Positions 13,011 to 25,255 of a stretch of 64,000 nucleotides of DNA are shown piece by piece. The DNA comes from Octopus vulgaris. Its lineage: Eukaryota. The DNA lies in the NCBI GenBank assembly GCA_951406725.2, contig OX597815.1, positions 65,534,001-65,598,000 on the forward strand, written 5' to 3'. A program made the translations under genes and the position numbers. How positions within the stretch are numbered: the stretch's first letter is position 1; every line of letters starts with the position of its first letter. The notes under the pieces were generated by a model. The model was not told where the DNA came from. It did not search any database and saw only the letters and a list, made by a program, of their open reading frames with translations.

Positions 13011-13199
13011 CAGGGTGCGGCGACCATTGTTGTGGTATTATTAAAGTTAGGCAGATAATAATGGTCTCTTCATGTAGCTAATGGTTTACCATTTATTTGT
13101 TAGTCACCATTCATCATTTGGACCGGTGCACACTTTGTGTTTGCTGTTGAAACTTTTATGAAGAATGGTGAATCTGGAAATTTTTTTAGCCACACCTTG
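13011..13199 (+). mobile_element. Internally deleted Tc1/mariner-type element (MITE) downstream of the GPCR stop
   Basis: TA-CAGGGTGCGGC...GCCACACCTTG-TA termini; internal WTGAHFVFAVETFMKNGES resembles the N-terminal HTH of such transposases. Confidence 0.65.
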
Positions 13200-13547
13200 T
13201 ATATGTGCAAGCATGTGTGTGTGTATACTTTGTATGGATTATTAAAATACAATTTTTTTCAAATTGTATCCTGCCCTCCCTGATAGTTTTGTTTTCTTAT
13301 AAAAAGTTTTAAAAAAAAAGATCTTGACTATTTTTGTCAGGAACATCATCATAAATTCTTCTGAATCAAAATATATTTCTCCATTGTTTTCCATTCCTAA
13401 CATTAAGTAAGAAGAAACTGGGTTTTTTTCCTGAATAGCTTCCACTGTTCCAAGCCAGTTGTGCCATTCCATAAGTCTCAGTCTCTCTCTCTGAGCAAAA
13501 TACGCAACACAGTTCATATTAATTATTTACATTGAGCTCCTCTCATC

Positions 13548-14507
13548 TCATACATTATTCTCAGAACCAATTAAAGTTGAGCAGGTTAATGGAGTGGACG
13601 CATTGAGAGTTCCTTGCCTTTGGTTCCCTGATGAGACACATGCTGTGCAGTTGATGATCTCGTCGAAGCTATCGCCAAAATCTTTGGAAAGTTTTGCACA
13701 GACGATGGGACTAATGGAAAAACTAAGTTGAGCAAGACACAACAAGTAGGAAGAAATTCGATTCCACATTATAAATTGCTTAGGCTGGATGTTTGGGTCT
13801 TTTAACATATAAAGCAAGTGAATATTTACAACATGGTAGGGTAACTGACAGAAAAAATAAGCAATGACAAGACCTAAAGCTAACTGGGAGAGTTTGCGCT
13901 TGTCTTCGGGTATACTATCGACAAAGAAACGCTGTGTTATGTAATGGAGGATGACATGGGTGATAAGAACTAGACCAAAGGGTAAGAAATAACAAACAGT
14001 TATGATGATGAGTAGCAGGAATTCATCATCTAAGTCTGGTTTAAAAGTACATCGCTCCAAACTTTTATCCACATGGTAGGCAAATGCAAATGGTACTCCA
14101 GCAGTAAAAATTACCACAAACAAAATGATGACAATTATCAAGGCATGTTTGCCTGAAATAATCATATTAGGACGGTTAGTGAGGATGAGGGCATTTAAAA
14201 TAGACAGTACAACAAGATGAAATGCAACCACAATGAGGCTGCAGTGTGCCATGTAGTTAGTTATGTTGCACCAAATATCTGTGATGTTCCAACGAGTGCT
14301 TGTGAAGTTCACAATTGTTTGAGGAATCTCAAAGAGGATGTAAAGGATGCTGGCAAGTGCTAAACCTCCAACCACAACATGATGTGCAATCCTCATGTTT
14401 TTATAGACTATGAGACTCCGTAAGATGAGAAAGTTGCCGATAAATCCCACCAGTCCGATCAAAGAGATCAGACTGTTGAGGATTAACTTGTCACGAGGGT
14501 CAAGCAT
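13548..14507 (-). CDS. Rhodopsin-like (class A) 7TM GPCR, peptide-receptor-like, atypical; single coding exon
   Basis: 319 aa with seven hydrophobic segments. TM1 GxxGN; ECL1 W..WC and ECL2 Cys (disulfide pair); TM5 YFLP; TM6 FFCQLPYH; TM7 SPIVC; helix 8 SKDF. Confidence 0.93.
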   Translation of the reverse strand: MLDPRDKLILNSLISLIGLVGFIGNFLILRSLIVYKNMRIAHHVVVGGLALASILYILFEIPQTIVNFTSTRWNITDIWCNITNYMAHCSLIVVAFHLVVLSILNALILTNRPNMIISGKHALIIVIILFVVIFTAGVPFAFAYHVDKSLERCTFKPDLDDEFLLLIIITVCYFLPFGLVLITHVILHYITQRFFVDSIPEDKRKLSQLALGLVIAYFFCQLPYHVVNIHLLYMLKDPNIQPKQFIMWNRISSYLLCLAQLSFSISPIVCAKLSKDFGDSFDEIINCTACVSSGNQRQGTLNASTPLTCSTLIGSENNV

Positions 14508-14584
14508 GTTTACAGATGTCTGTAGGTTAAATCAAGTTTACTTCAAGAATGGAATGTCAGCAGAGAGACAAAACGTGCAGCATT

Positions 14585-14610
14585 CTGGAATAAAGAAGAA
14601 AGAGAGAATG
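14585..14610 (-). promoter_or_regulatory. Splice acceptor of the GPCR coding exon (exon would start at 14584)
   Basis: Minus strand TTCTCTCTTTCTTCTTTATTCCAG|AATG, 77 nt upstream of the ATG; an in-frame TGA lies between it and the ATG. Confidence 0.65.
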
Positions 14611-14751
14611 TCAGTTGAAATGGTAATGTAATTCTTGGTAAATAACAATAGCAGCAACAACAGCAGTAACAATATTTGGATCAAGGCTAGCAACAACATT
14701 AAAAATCAATAATTTCTACAGAAGAAACATCAACAACAAAACAAACAACAT

Positions 14752-15135
14752 GCATGGCTGTGCGTTTAAGAAGTTTGATTTGCAACTAAGTAGTTCAGGT
14801 TCAGTTTTATTATGTGGTACCTTGGGTAAACATCTACTATAACCCCAAGTCTAATATCTTGTGACTGAATTTGGAAGAAGGATGAAACCTGTTGTATATA
14901 TGTGTCAGTGTGTATGTGCTCTTTGCCTTGACATTGGATGATAGTTGAAATTAACATCACTGTCATACAAGTGATGTCATTCATTTCCAATATTCTGTGA
15001 AAGCACAACTGGCCATGTGGAAGTATTGCCTCGCTTGGAAATACATTAAGGCTGGAAACAGAAAGGATATCCAGCTGCAGAAAATCTGCTTCCGTAAACA
15101 CCACTAATTGTTTCAGGTTCAACATACTACAAAGC
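14752..15135 (+). mobile_element. SINE B head with an RTE-type 3' tail, decayed
   Basis: GCATGGCTGTGCG...CCTTGGGTAA head, then GGCTGGAAACAGAAAGGATATCCAGCTGCAGAAAATCTGC, matching the RTE 3' UTR motif at about 20630-20670. Confidence 0.6.
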
Positions 15136-17761
15136 ATAGAGTGTTAGCTGAAATTCAGTTACAATTTAGTATTCTGTACTCTAATCATGAAAATAAAATT
15201 TTTGAGCAAAGTTTTTCACAGTTAGAATGAACTTCTTTGGTGAAAAACTTTTTAGCTGTTACTGAAAATTCCCAACTTGGTAGATAAAGGAAGCTCAATT
15301 TGTTCTTTTTAACTTTACCAGTATAGTTCATGCATTATTTTAATCTTCCCAAGCGTTTTTATCATACTTCTGTTGAGACACTATCTTTTTTTCAATTAAT
15401 TTTGAAAATAATGAATTATTTAGTAAAATAACTCATGTCATAATTAAGCTGGTGTCTGGAATATAAATTAACATGAAATTTTTATGAAAGGTTTTAATTT
15501 TAAATCACTTTAAAATAAGTTTATATCATAGAGCCAGAGGTAGTCTCAGACAGGTTGGTACCAAAATCTGTTTAATATTATATTATCTTCAAACTCAATG
15601 ACCTAGAAATGTCATTTAAGTTAAGTTTTGTTTATTATATTTATGCATTTCAGTAGAATGGAGTGGGGCATGGTTTCCAGAAAGTAGCACAAACCATCAT
15701 GATTGTCGGATTGTCAACTCACAACAATAACAAAAATCCAAAGAACAACAGCAAACCTAGTGGCCACTAAAAGATTTCATTCATAACAAATTGTTATAGG
15801 ACTCAACTTTGCAAAGTAAGGCAGCTTGTGTATGTGTATACTTGTGGGGCAGTAATAAAGCCTGATTTCAGGACCAATGTTGTAATGGTGTGAGATTTGA
15901 TCCAAGGAAGAAGTTCATATACAATTGCTCTAAATGCTTAATGTAGCAACAGACCTCTGTCAATGATAGAACTTTCTGGAATCTAATTTGCAGCCTTTAT
16001 TACAAAATATCATGGCAATCTTTAATATAGAGCCTGTATGTTTCCAAGTTATTAATTTCAGTACAGCTTGGCTAACAGTAAATATGAGCCAATCATAATG
16101 AGAGAAAGCAAACATTGGAGTATGCTGCAGTCTTTGGACTCATCAGACCTTATCAAATCCATCAAAACCCATGCCAGGCCAGTATGGAACTTAGATGATA
16201 TTTAATGATAATGATGAAGATGGTAGTGATGGTGATGGTGACAATGGTGATGATGATGATGACAATAAACAACCAGTTTGAAGGCAAATGAAGATGTAAC
16301 AACTTTCATGGCAAAAGAATACTTATGCATGTTTGATCCTTTTTTTAAAGCTTTGCAGTTGTTTGTCAATCTTCACACAATGACCTTCTTACTCCCCGAC
16401 TGAAGATTCTTTTGTTCAAGGGACATACAGACTCTACAATATGCATCCCCACCAAATCTAAATGACAATTGTTATTTGGTTATAATAAGCTGACAGAATC
16501 ATTAGGGTATAGAAAAATGAGCTTTGCAGCTTTTAGTCCAGCAAGAAGTGTCACAGTTTTGCAGTGAAAGGTTGAGATTTGAACCCAAGATTCACAGAGT
16601 TTATGCAAGGCATCCTAAAATGCGCAGAGCTGGTTCAGAGGGTGCAATCAACTGCTCTGGAATGTTATGTGTCTTTATTGATTCCAAAAGGATAAAAAGC
16701 AAAGCTGACCATGGCTGGATTTGAACTCAAGTGCAGAGAATTAGAAGAAATATTAAATGAACATCACTGTTTTTATCCCATGTTAACCATTTTGCAAATT
16801 TGTCACCTGTGTTTGGAGATAGTTATACACTTTTATCTTTTAAGTTTGTTCCTAGAAAAATCTTGATGATTATTACATAAGCAGAGAAACCAGAGATGAA
16901 TATTTGTTTATGAGAAACATGAAGAGTTTACATCACAGATACACAACATCACTACTGCACACTATTATAGTGCAATTAAAAAACACACAAGCAAACACAT
17001 ACACACACAAGTAGAAAAAATAAGATTAAGAGTTTTTATAGTTCTACAGTGTTCTATAGAAAATAGATTGGTTAAACTTTTACCACAGCAGATCAAGTTA
17101 CTACACCCAACAAAATATTTGTAGGATTACATTCATCTAAAATATTACAAGAAATATGGTGCAACAGAAACAGAAATATAAATTATTATTTATACTCTTG
17201 TATATGTTGTTGATTTTATTTTCAGGTAACTCAACAACTTATACATACAAGTTGTTTACAAGATATTTTAGTGGTAAATGAGTCAAGGACACTGTGATTT
17301 CTATTTTGCAACCTCTCTGCTTAGCTATACATATACATGCAGGCATACACACTTATGCTCACGTGTATGCATGCAGCTGTGCACTTGTGTTTGCATACAT
17401 ATTAAAATGTGTTTATAACAACAATTATATATATTTTTCTACATATGCAAATATATGTCATTAAAATGTTTTAACATACATGCATGTATGCATAAATGTA
17501 TATGTATGTACTGTATGTATACATACACACACATATATACATTTGCACATACATTCACATACACACACACACTCACACAGTTACACATATATTTTGCAAA
17601 TAAAGTAAAAAATACTCAATACATAGTTTAGAGTATATATATATCAATTATGAATTAGTTGATGCTCCCTTCTGTTGCTCCTCAAATGTCATGTGCTTTT
17701 CCATGTAATTGCCCATAACTGCTTGGACGAGAGGCAGTACAAAACTCAACCCGCACTTAAC

Positions 17762-17910
17762 ACATACACCCACATCCATACACACCAACATCCATATACA
17801 CCCACATCCATACACACCCACATCCATACACACCCACGTCCACACACACCCACGTTCACATATACCCAGATCCACACATGTGCACCCACATCCATACACA
17901 CCCACACTAC
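17762..17910. repeat. 16-bp minisatellite (CACCCACATCCATACA)n
   Basis: About nine imperfect tandem units. Confidence 0.85.
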
Positions 17911-18804
17911 CCCATATGCACGCACACACACATACACACAAACACACACAAAGACACATTCATACTCTCTCCCATACCCACATCCCACTTCCTCCACATT
18001 GTTCATCAGTTGTTAATTTATGACTAAAATTAAAAACTGAAATATCTTATTCTTTCACATTAAAACTTATACTTTAAACCTTAAACATTCAAAACTGACC
18101 AAACCCATGCTTTAATAAAAAGGCACAACTAATGTCTGGTAATTACCCAACCTTAATTAATATTAATTATCATTAGTAGTAAGTCCACATCCACACCCTC
18201 AGTCCAACTATTATTAAATGAGACACACATTAAAAATATTTTTTTAGGTTAATTAGTTTTATATGATTAAATCAGCATTTTTAATAACATTATTAGGATG
18301 AGAGGAGTGGCAGAATTGTTAAATCACCAGGAAAAATGTCTCACAGTGTTGGCTCTGACTACTAATAATCTGAATGTAAACATTTTGAGTTCAAATCCTG
18401 CTAAGGTCAACTTTGCCTTTCATCCTTCAGGTGTCCATAAAATAAAGCACTCATCAAGTACCGTGGTCAATGGTATTCATTAAACCCTGCCCTTCCCTTC
18501 AGCCTAAATCAGAAACCATTATAAGGTTTCATTAGTATGCTCTAGGTGGTTGGCATAATCCTGATTCTGTGGAATTCTTATATTGGCTCTAGTCAAAGAC
18601 TCTCCTTTATCTGGAAAACTGTCCAGTTTTTCCCCCTCATTTTTATGTAAAGATACGTTCATACAATATACAAATTGCAAACTGCCTTTTTAATGTTCTC
18701 CTCATGTGGCAAGTAAAAGAAATTGGGGTCAGCATTGTCATCATCATCATCATCATCATCATCATTATTATTAAGGTGACAAGCACACAATCATACATAC
18801 ATAC

Positions 18805-18854
<50 letters not shown>

Positions 18855-18914
18855 GAATAAGAAATAGGAAGTCCTTGGCACAGTACTATATATTTGTAAA
18901 AAATAAAAAAATGA

Positions 18915-19049
18915 ATGAATAGAAATGGCTTTTCTGATAATTTTTCCACATAAAATATTAGATGTTCATAAGTTATTAAGTTCATTAAGTGTTTCAAACA
19001 TTTAATTAAAAAAGTGGGAAAATTTATCAAAAAAGCCATTTCTATTCAC
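18915..19049. mobile_element. Small MITE/foldback with about 35-bp inverted arms
   Basis: TGAATAGAAATGGCTTTTCTGATAATTTTTCCAC ... GTGGGAAAATTTATCAAAAAAGCCATTTCTATTCA. Confidence 0.7.
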
Positions 19050-19139
19050 TTATATATATATATATATATAATGCACAAAACTGTTACTTCTGCTAAACAT
19101 TAATAAACTATATATATGTATATATATGTATATATATAT

Positions 19140-19186
<47 letters not shown>

Positions 19187-19208
19187 TTAACGTCCATTAT
19201 ATATATAT

Positions 19209-19374
19209 AGGCGCAGGAGTGGCTGTGTGGTAAGTAGCTTGCTAACCAACCACATGGTTCCAGGTTCAGTCCCACTTTGTGGCATCTTGGGCAATTGTCT
19301 TCTGCTATAGCCTCGGGCCGACCAAAGCCTTGTGAGTGGATTTGGTAGATGGAAACTGAAAGACGCCCGTCGTA

Positions 19375-19420
<46 letters not shown>

Positions 19421-19626
19421 TATATGTGTGTGTGTGTGTATATGTTTGTCCCTCTAGCATTGCTTGACAACCGATGCTGGTGTGTTTACGTCCCCGTCAC
19501 TTAGCGGTTCGGCAAAAAAACTGATAGAATAAGTACTGGGCTTACAATGAATTTGCTCGACTAAAGGCGGTGCTGCAGCATGGCCACAGTCAAATGACTG
19601 AAACAAGTAAGAGTAAGAGTAAAGAG
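19209..19626 (+). mobile_element. SINE family B, near full length, with internal (TA)n(TG)n
   Basis: AGGCGCAGGAGTGGCTGTGTGGTAAG head, GGTTCAGTCCC B box, CORE-like CTTGGGCAA, internal microsatellite, tail ...TGACTGAAACAAGTAAGAG. Related copies at about 10620-10770, 37495-37850, 41235-41612, 45300-45755 and 55077-55505. Confidence 0.85.
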
Positions 19627-19695
19627 TATATATATGTATATACATATATATATATAGAGAGAGAGATATATACATACATATATATATATACATAT

Positions 19696-19744
<49 letters not shown>

Positions 19745-19843
19745 CACATATATATATACATATACATATACATATACACATATATATATATACATACACA
19801 CATATATACATATATATATATATACATACATATATATATACAC

Positions 19844-19990
19844 ATCATCATCATCATCATCGTTTAGCGTCCTCTTTCCATGCTAGCATGGGTTGGACGG
19901 GTCAACTGGGGTCTGTGAAGCTGGAAGGCTTCGTCAGGCCCAGTCAGATCTGGCAGTGTTTCTACGGCTGGATGCCCTTCCTAACGCCAA
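19844..19990 (-). mobile_element. Extremely 5'-truncated RTE LINE (3' UTR only)
   Basis: Near-identical to 20946-21097; (TGA)n tail on the element strand. Confidence 0.85.
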
Positions 19991-20059
19991 TATATATATA
20001 TATATATATACATATATATATACATATATGTATACACACATATATACACATATATATAT

Positions 20060-20112
<53 letters not shown>

Positions 20113-20193
20113 CATATATATATACATATATATATACATACATATATATACATATATATATACATACATATATATATATATACATATATACAG

Positions 20194-20236
<43 letters not shown>

Positions 20237-20374
20237 TACATACATATATACATACATATATACATATACATATATACATATATATACATATATATATATA
20301 CATATATAATATACATATATATACATATATATATATATACACACACATATATATACATACATATATATATACAT

Positions 20375-20780
20375 AACCGTTGCCAGCGCCGCCTCGACTG
20401 GCTTCTATGCCGGTAGCACATAAAAAGCACCATCCGAACGTAGCCGATGCCAGCGTTGCCCCGACTGGCTTCTGTGCCGGTGGCACATAAAAAGCACCAT
20501 CCGAACGTGGCCGTTGCCAGCACCGCCTTAGCTGGCACGTTAAAAGCTCCCACCGATCGTGGCCAATGCCGGACCCCCTGGTACCTGTGCAGGTGGCACA
20601 TAAAAAGCACCCACTACACTCGCGGAGTGGTTGGCGTTAGGAAGGGCATCCAGCTGTAGGAAATCTGCCAGATTAGACTGGAGCCTGGTGCAGCCCCTGG
20701 CTTCCCAGACCCCGGTCGAACCGTCCAACCCGTGCTAGCGCGGAAAACGGACGTTAAACAATGATGATGATGATGATGAT
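20375..20780 (+). mobile_element. 5'-truncated RTE LINE 3' UTR with internal tandem repeats of about 67 bp
   Basis: GGCACATAAAAAGCACC repeats, GTTGGCGTTAGGAAGGGCATCCAGCTG motif, (ATG)n tail. Confidence 0.85.
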
Positions 20781-20870
20781 ATATATATATATATACACAT
20801 ATATATATATATATACACATATATATACATATATATATACATATATATATATACATATATATATACACAC

Positions 20871-20911
<41 letters not shown>

Positions 20912-20945
20912 TATACATATATATATATATATACACACATATATA

Positions 20946-22684
20946 TCATCATCATCATCATCATCATCATTTAGCGTCCGTTTTCCATGCTAGCATGGGT
21001 TGGACGGTTCTGCTGGGGTCTGTGAAGCCAGAAGGCTTCATCAGGCCCAGTCAAATCTGGCAGTGTTTCTACGGCTGGATGCCCTTCCTAACGCCAACCA
21101 CTCCGTGAGTGTAGTGGGTGCTTTTTACGTGCCACCCGCACTGGTGCCAGCCAGAGCTGGCAAACGGCCACGAACGGATGGTGTTTTTTATGTGCCACCG
21201 GCACGAGGGCCAGGCGAGGCTGGCAACGAACACGAAACGGGGCGGTGCTGGCAACGGTCGCGAAACGGAAGGTTCTCTTACATGCCACCGGCACTGGTAA
21301 CACATCTGCAATTTCCATTGATCGATTTCCATTGATCGATTTCGATTCTGATCCTCACTTGCCTCAATGGGTCTTCACAAGCAGAGTTTCGACATGCCAC
21401 CGGCACTGGTAGCACATCCGCAATTTCCATTGATCGATTTCGATTCTGATCCTCACTTGCCTCAACACGTCTTCACAAGTAGAGTTTTGTGTCCCAAGAA
21501 GGGAAGGTATGCATACGTAGGCTGGCTCCATCCCATGTAGAAGGCCACGGGTTGTGGACTCACTTGTCCTGCCGGGTCTTCTCGCGCACAGCACACTTCC
21601 AGAGGTCTCGGTCTCTAGTCATTTCCTCGGTGAGACCTAAAGTTCGAAGGTCGTGCTTCACCACCTCGTCCCAGGTTTTCCTGGGTCTGCCTCTTCCACA
21701 GGTTCCCTCAACCGCTAGGGTGTGGCACTTTTTCACACAACTATCTTCATCCATTCTCGCCACATGACCATACCAGCGCAAACGTCTCTCTTGCACACCA
21801 CAACTGATGCTTCTTAGGTCCAGCTTTTCTCTCAAGGTACTTACACTCTGCCGAGTGTGAGTACTGGCATTACACATCCATCGGAGCATACTGGCTTCAT
21901 TTCTAGCGAGCTTACGCATATCCTCAGCAGTCACGGCCCATGTTTCACTGCCATGTAGCATGGCTGTTCGTACACACGCATCATACAGTCTGCCTTTCAC
22001 TCTGTGCGAGAGGCCTTTTGTCACCAGCAGAGGTAAGAGCTCTCTGAACTTTGCCCAAGCTATTCTTACTCTAGCAGTTACACTTTCAGCACACCCGCCC
22101 CCGCTGCTGACTTGGTCACCTAGGTAACGGAAACTATCAACTATTTCTAGTTTTTCTCCCTGGAAAGTGACAGAAGTTGGTCTCAGAGCATTTTCAGTGT
22201 TTATTGTTCCTGAGCATCTGCCACATACAAAAACCATCTTCCTAGTTAGCCTTCCTTTGACATTGCTGCATCTCTTATGTGTCCATAGCTTACATTTGGT
22301 GCATCTTATAGAGTTTCTACCTACACCTTTTCTACAGATCGAGCAGGGCCATCTACCTGAAGGTGTTTGTGATTTGTCTACCTTCCTACTGATTACGACT
22401 TTGGTTTTAGCTAGATTGACTCTGAGGCCCTTCGATTCTAATCCTTGTTTCCACACCTGAAACTTCTCCTCCAGTTCTGATAGCGACTCAGCAATTAGAG
22501 CAAGGTCATCAGCATAGAGGAGCTCCCAAGGGCATCCTGTCTTGAATTCCTCCGTTATTGCCTGGAGGACTATGATAAATAGGAGGGGGCTGAGTACTGA
22601 GCCTTGGTGGACCCCTACCTCTACCCGGAATTCTTCACTGTACTCATTTCCAACCCTCACCCTACTAGCGGCGTCCCTATACAT
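20946..22684 (-). mobile_element. Young 5'-truncated RTE-clade LINE (C-terminal half of RT and 3' UTR)
   Basis: Uninterrupted RT frame, 3' UTR and (TGA)n tail; flanked by (TA)n. Confidence 0.95.
21560..22684 (-). CDS. RTE reverse transcriptase C-terminal part with an inserted C4HC3 (PHD-type) finger; N-terminally truncated
   Basis: [45 protein letters not shown]. The track's N-terminal part beyond 22684 is microsatellite and SINE-tail read-through. Confidence 0.9.
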   Translation of the reverse strand: MYRDAASRVRVGNEYSEEFRVEVGVHQGSVLSPLLFIIVLQAITEEFKTGCPWELLYADDLALIAESLSELEEKFQVWKQGLESKGLRVNLAKTKVVISRKVDKSQTPSGRWPCSICRKGVGRNSIRCTKCKLWTHKRCSNVKGRLTRKMVFVCGRCSGTINTENALRPTSVTFQGEKLEIVDSFRYLGDQVSSGGGCAESVTARVRIAWAKFRELLPLLVTKGLSHRVKGRLYDACVRTAMLHGSETWAVTAEDMRKLARNEASMLRWMCNASTHTRQSVSTLREKLDLRSISCGVQERRLRWYGHVARMDEDSCVKKCHTLAVEGTCGRGRPRKTWDEVVKHDLRTLGLTEEMTRDRDLWKCAVREKTRQDK

Positions 22685-22748
22685 ATATACATATATATAC
22701 ATATATATACATATATATATACATATATATATATACACATACATATAC

Positions 22749-22813
<65 letters not shown>

Positions 22814-22895
22814 CATATATACATATATATATTTATATATATATATATATATATACACAAATATATACACATATATATATATATACATATATATA

Positions 22896-23130
22896 TATTT
22901 CTTTACTACCCACAAAGGGCTAAACACAGAGGGGACAAACAAGGACAGACATAGGTATTAAGTCGATTACATCGACCCCAGTGCGTAACTGGTACTTAAT
23001 TTATCGACCCCGAAAGGATGAATGGCAAAGTCGACCTCGGCGGAATTTGAACCCAGAACGTAACGGCAGACGAAATATGGCTACGCATTTCGCCCGGCGT
23101 GCTAACGATTCTGCCAGGCGTGCTAACGAT
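22896..23130 (-). mobile_element. SINE family A, young, tail variant TTTGTCCCCTCTGTGTTTAGCCCTTTGTGGGTAGTAAAGAAATA
   Basis: Near-identical to 52897-53132. Confidence 0.88.
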
Positions 23131-23289
23131 ATACATATATATATACACATATATATATAAATATATATGTATACATATATATATATATATACATATATAT
23201 GTATACATATATGTATACATATATCTCTCTCTCTCTATATATATATATATATAAATATATACATACATATATATATATTTATATATATA

Positions 23290-23642
23290 TCATCATCATC
23301 ATCATCATTCATTTAGCGTCCGTTTTCCATGCTAGCATGGGTTGGACGGTTCAACTGGGGTCTGGGGAGCCCGAAGGCTGCACCAGGCCAGTCAGATCTG
23401 GCAGTGTTTCTACAGCTGGATGCCCTTCCTAACGCCAACCACTCCGAGAGTGTAGTGGGTGATTTTATGTGACACCGACACAGGTGCGAGACGAGGCTGG
23501 CGAACGGCCACGCTCGAATGGTGTTTTTTATGTGCCACCGACACAGGTGCCAGACGAGGCTGGCAGACGGCCACGCTCGGATGGTGTTTTTATGTGCCAC
23601 CGACACAGGTGCCAGATGAGGCTGGCGAATGGCCACGATCGG
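23290..23642 (-). mobile_element. 5'-truncated RTE LINE 3' UTR with three tandem units of about 60 bp
   Basis: Same 3' end as 20946; repeated TGTGCCACCGACACAGGTGC...GAGGCTGGC...GGCCACG. Confidence 0.85.
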
Positions 23643-24460
23643 ATTTATATATATATACATATACATACACATATATATATACATGGGTAGATATATAGCT
23701 CTGCCCAAAGCTATTGTAGAAGGCACTGCCCACGAAGGCATTTGCCCACTGTGAGATTGAACCTGAAGTCATGTGGCTGAGAACCACACAACCATACAAC
23801 CATATTTGCACCTATGTAATACAAGAATGCTAGAGTGATATTGCAGTTGTACTTTTAGCATCATAAAATATTTTGGCAAGATGCGAAGTAAGACAATAAT
23901 TCTTAAACATCTGAGAGTTAGTGTTTGCATTTCTTGTTGGGCAAAACTTATGAGTATTCCACCAAATAGAATACTAACAGACATAACTCTTTTTGCTCTG
24001 AGTACTCCTGCAAGCTTCATAATCCTAGTCAACATGTGTAATATTTCTATAGAATGCAGCCTCACTCATGACTACATACAATGTTTTGTAGCCAAAAATT
24101 GCTACTTCTATAAAAGATATTTGGCACTTATTTACACTTAAATCTGTAGAACACACAAGTTTAATAAAGCTATAGAAGACCAATAACAGAGAATGCAGCA
24201 GTCCTCTTTGCTACTGACAATATAGATTTCGGTTAGTAACAGAACTAAATTCTTTCCAAAAGTGTCTTTGCAATAAATACTAATTAATACAACATTCTCT
24301 TATATAACACACTGTTACTTTCTCAATTACAAACAATATAATACATACATATACAGTTGGATATGTAAATACATATATGTAAATGCATACACATATATAT
24401 CTATATACCTATATATGTGTGTATGTGTAAGCAGGAATGTATAATATATATGTGTGTGTA

Positions 24461-24494
<34 letters not shown>

Positions 24495-24506
24495 GGGAGA
24501 GAGAGA

Positions 24507-24538
<32 letters not shown>

Positions 24539-25025
24539 TGTGGCCCTGTGACTTGTTGGATCTTGTCAAACCATCAAGCCATCAAACCAATACCAGTATG
24601 GAAAACAGATATTAAATGATGGCAATGATGATGATGACAATGAGGATGATGATATATCTAAGTTTGTGTGTGTATCCTTCACCTACACATTTGCCTCAGG
24701 TAAACAAGAAACTAAATTGGGAACATTGAGCTTGAGGTATGGGTGGTGGTGGTGGTGGTGGTGATGGTGCGGTAGTAGTGATAGAGGTGATGGTGGTGTA
24801 GTGGTGGCAGCAGCTGTGGTGGTGGTGGTACTAGCAGTAACAGTAATAATGATGTTGTTATAGTGGTTGTTATTGACTATCGCATATTTTACGTCAAATC
24901 AACTTTTAGAAAGTCTCTCACACACACATACACATGTATTTAAAAAAAATTTTGTTTTTATTTTGACTTGTTGGTTGTCAGCCATATTGGTTACAAACAG
25001 CATCAAGTCTGTTGATTGTTATCTC

Positions 25026-25058
<33 letters not shown>

Positions 25059-25153
25059 ATGTGTGTGTATATGAGTCTATAAAAATGCATATATACAAAT
25101 GCTAACACACACGTTAATGTGTGTAACTATGTGTGTGTATGTGTGAGTGTGTA

Positions 25154-25187
<34 letters not shown>

Positions 25188-25219
25188 CACACACATATGC
25201 ATACACTTGTGTGTGTATG

Positions 25220-25255
<36 letters not shown>

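Noticed and set aside
16120-16155. CTGATGAGTCCAAAGAC on the minus strand resembling a hammerhead
   Set aside because: No GAAA or stem III follows; lies in a decayed RTE-type 3' tail.
19570-20376. Long ORFs rich in YI/HT/CV (also 10106, 39616, 41408, 43078 and others)
   Set aside because: Translations of TA/CA microsatellites, which lack stops in most frames.
20375-20610. Regularly spaced repeats resembling a CRISPR array
   Set aside because: Whole units are homologous with no unique spacers; part of a eukaryotic LINE UTR; no cas genes.
22685-22942. N-terminal extension of the 460-aa RT ORF
   Set aside because: Read-through of a SINE tail and (TA)n; not part of the LINE.
23769-24240. Complex sequence with 86-98 aa ORFs
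   Set aside because: No recognisable domain and no convincing splice pair.
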